Source: Nitrospinota bacterium (GTDB lineage Bacteria; UBA8248). From it: a stretch of DNA of 16,144 nucleotides. Positions 15,500-16,144 of this stretch are shown piece after piece (positions within the stretch are counted from its first letter, which is position 1; each line of letters begins with the position of its first letter). The notes under the pieces were generated by a model, which made no database searches, had not been told where the DNA came from, and saw only the letters and a list, made by a program, of their open reading frames with translations. Made by a program: the position numbers and the translations under genes. The stretch is from assembly GCA_046581755.1 (NCBI GenBank), contig JAYGFR010000352.1, positions 1-16,144 on the forward strand. The letters run 5' to 3'.

Positions 15500-16144
15500 T
15501 TGGGAATCGAACGAGAGATCCTGAATCGCACGGCTGAGAGGGTTGACCAGCTTATCACCTCCGATCTTCCTGATAAGCGGCGCGTTCCGCTGCTGTACAC
15601 GGCCGCGCGAGAATTGTACGGAAAATCTCCGACCCTCCTGGCCGCCGAGTGCCTGGCTGATGCTCTTGAAGAAGAGGAGCGTGTGGTTTTTGTTTGCTCG
15701 GGATGGCCCAACCGTCCCATGGTGGACCCTGCGATTGCCGAAACGGATGGCCCGTCCGGCGCCGCCGTGATAGCCCGCGCCCTGCATGTGGGGTTCCGCG
15801 CCGTGCCGCTTCTGTTGTTCGAGGAACAACTCCTTCCGGCCATGAAACCTGTGGTCGAAACCACCGGCCTGCGAGCACTTGATGCCCCTGCCGCTCTGCG
15901 CGGGATCAAATCACTGGGCTCTGTTCATGTGGCGGGGGTTCTCGGATTTCCCTCGGAAATGGAGGCTGCCCGAGCCTGCGCGACAGACCTGCTGAAGGAA
16001 TATCGCCCCGCGGCAGTCGTCGTGATCGAGAAAGGAGGAATGAATACGGAGGGCGTGATCCATAGCCTCCGCGGAGAGGACATCACGGGCCCCATGGCGA
16101 AAGTGGATCTCTTGATCGAGGCGGCGAAAGCGCAGGGTGTCCTC
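15500..16144 (+). CDS. DUF4392 / D-glutamate cyclase-like domain protein, partial (runs off the right edge)
   Basis: Hand translation from TTG 15500 (GGGGAGG upstream) gives 215 open codons: MGIEREILNRTAERVDQLITSD...AETDGPSGAAVIARAL...PAAVVVIEKGGMNTEGVIHSLRGEDIT...AKAQGVL. ETDGP.GA and IE..G.N..G..H..RG are family motifs. Not in the ORF track. Confidence 0.8.
   Translation, partial: MGIEREILNRTAERVDQLITSDLPDKRRVPLLYTAARELYGKSPTLLAAECLADALEEEERVVFVCSGWPNRPMVDPAIAETDGPSGAAVIARALHVGFRAVPLLLFEEQLLPAMKPVVETTGLRALDAPAALRGIKSLGSVHVAGVLGFPSEMEAARACATDLLKEYRPAAVVVIEKGGMNTEGVIHSLRGEDITGPMAKVDLLIEAAKAQGVL

Overview
Bacterial, mostly GC-rich accessory catabolic region with nine genes on the minus strand and one partial divergent gene on the plus strand. 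In transcription order the minus strand carries: MmgE/PrpD-family protein, NMT1/THI5-like (SsuA/TauA-type) binding protein with no visible signal peptide, a divergent class I/II PLP aminotransferase, an HD-domain hydrolase, a hydantoinase/oxoprolinase A+B pair whose B gene is interrupted by one in-frame TAG (6765-6767), then a DUF4387 + AtuA/DUF1446 pair and a second, intact hydantoinase/oxoprolinase A+B pair. A DUF4392 (D-glutamate cyclase-like) gene, absent from the ORF track, starts at 15500 on the plus strand and runs off the window. No regulator, permease, transposase, RNA gene or CRISPR array is visible. The main signals are: the in-frame amber codon with a hairpin 5 nt downstream; both TAG stops in the complete genes being followed in frame by more coding sequence; an uncharacterised lactam/glutamate-derivative pathway; a 16-bp motif shared by two promoter regions; a 12-bp inverted repeat bracketing the binding-protein gene; and a 33-bp direct repeat at the left end. 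All family calls come from motif recognition by eye, not database searches.
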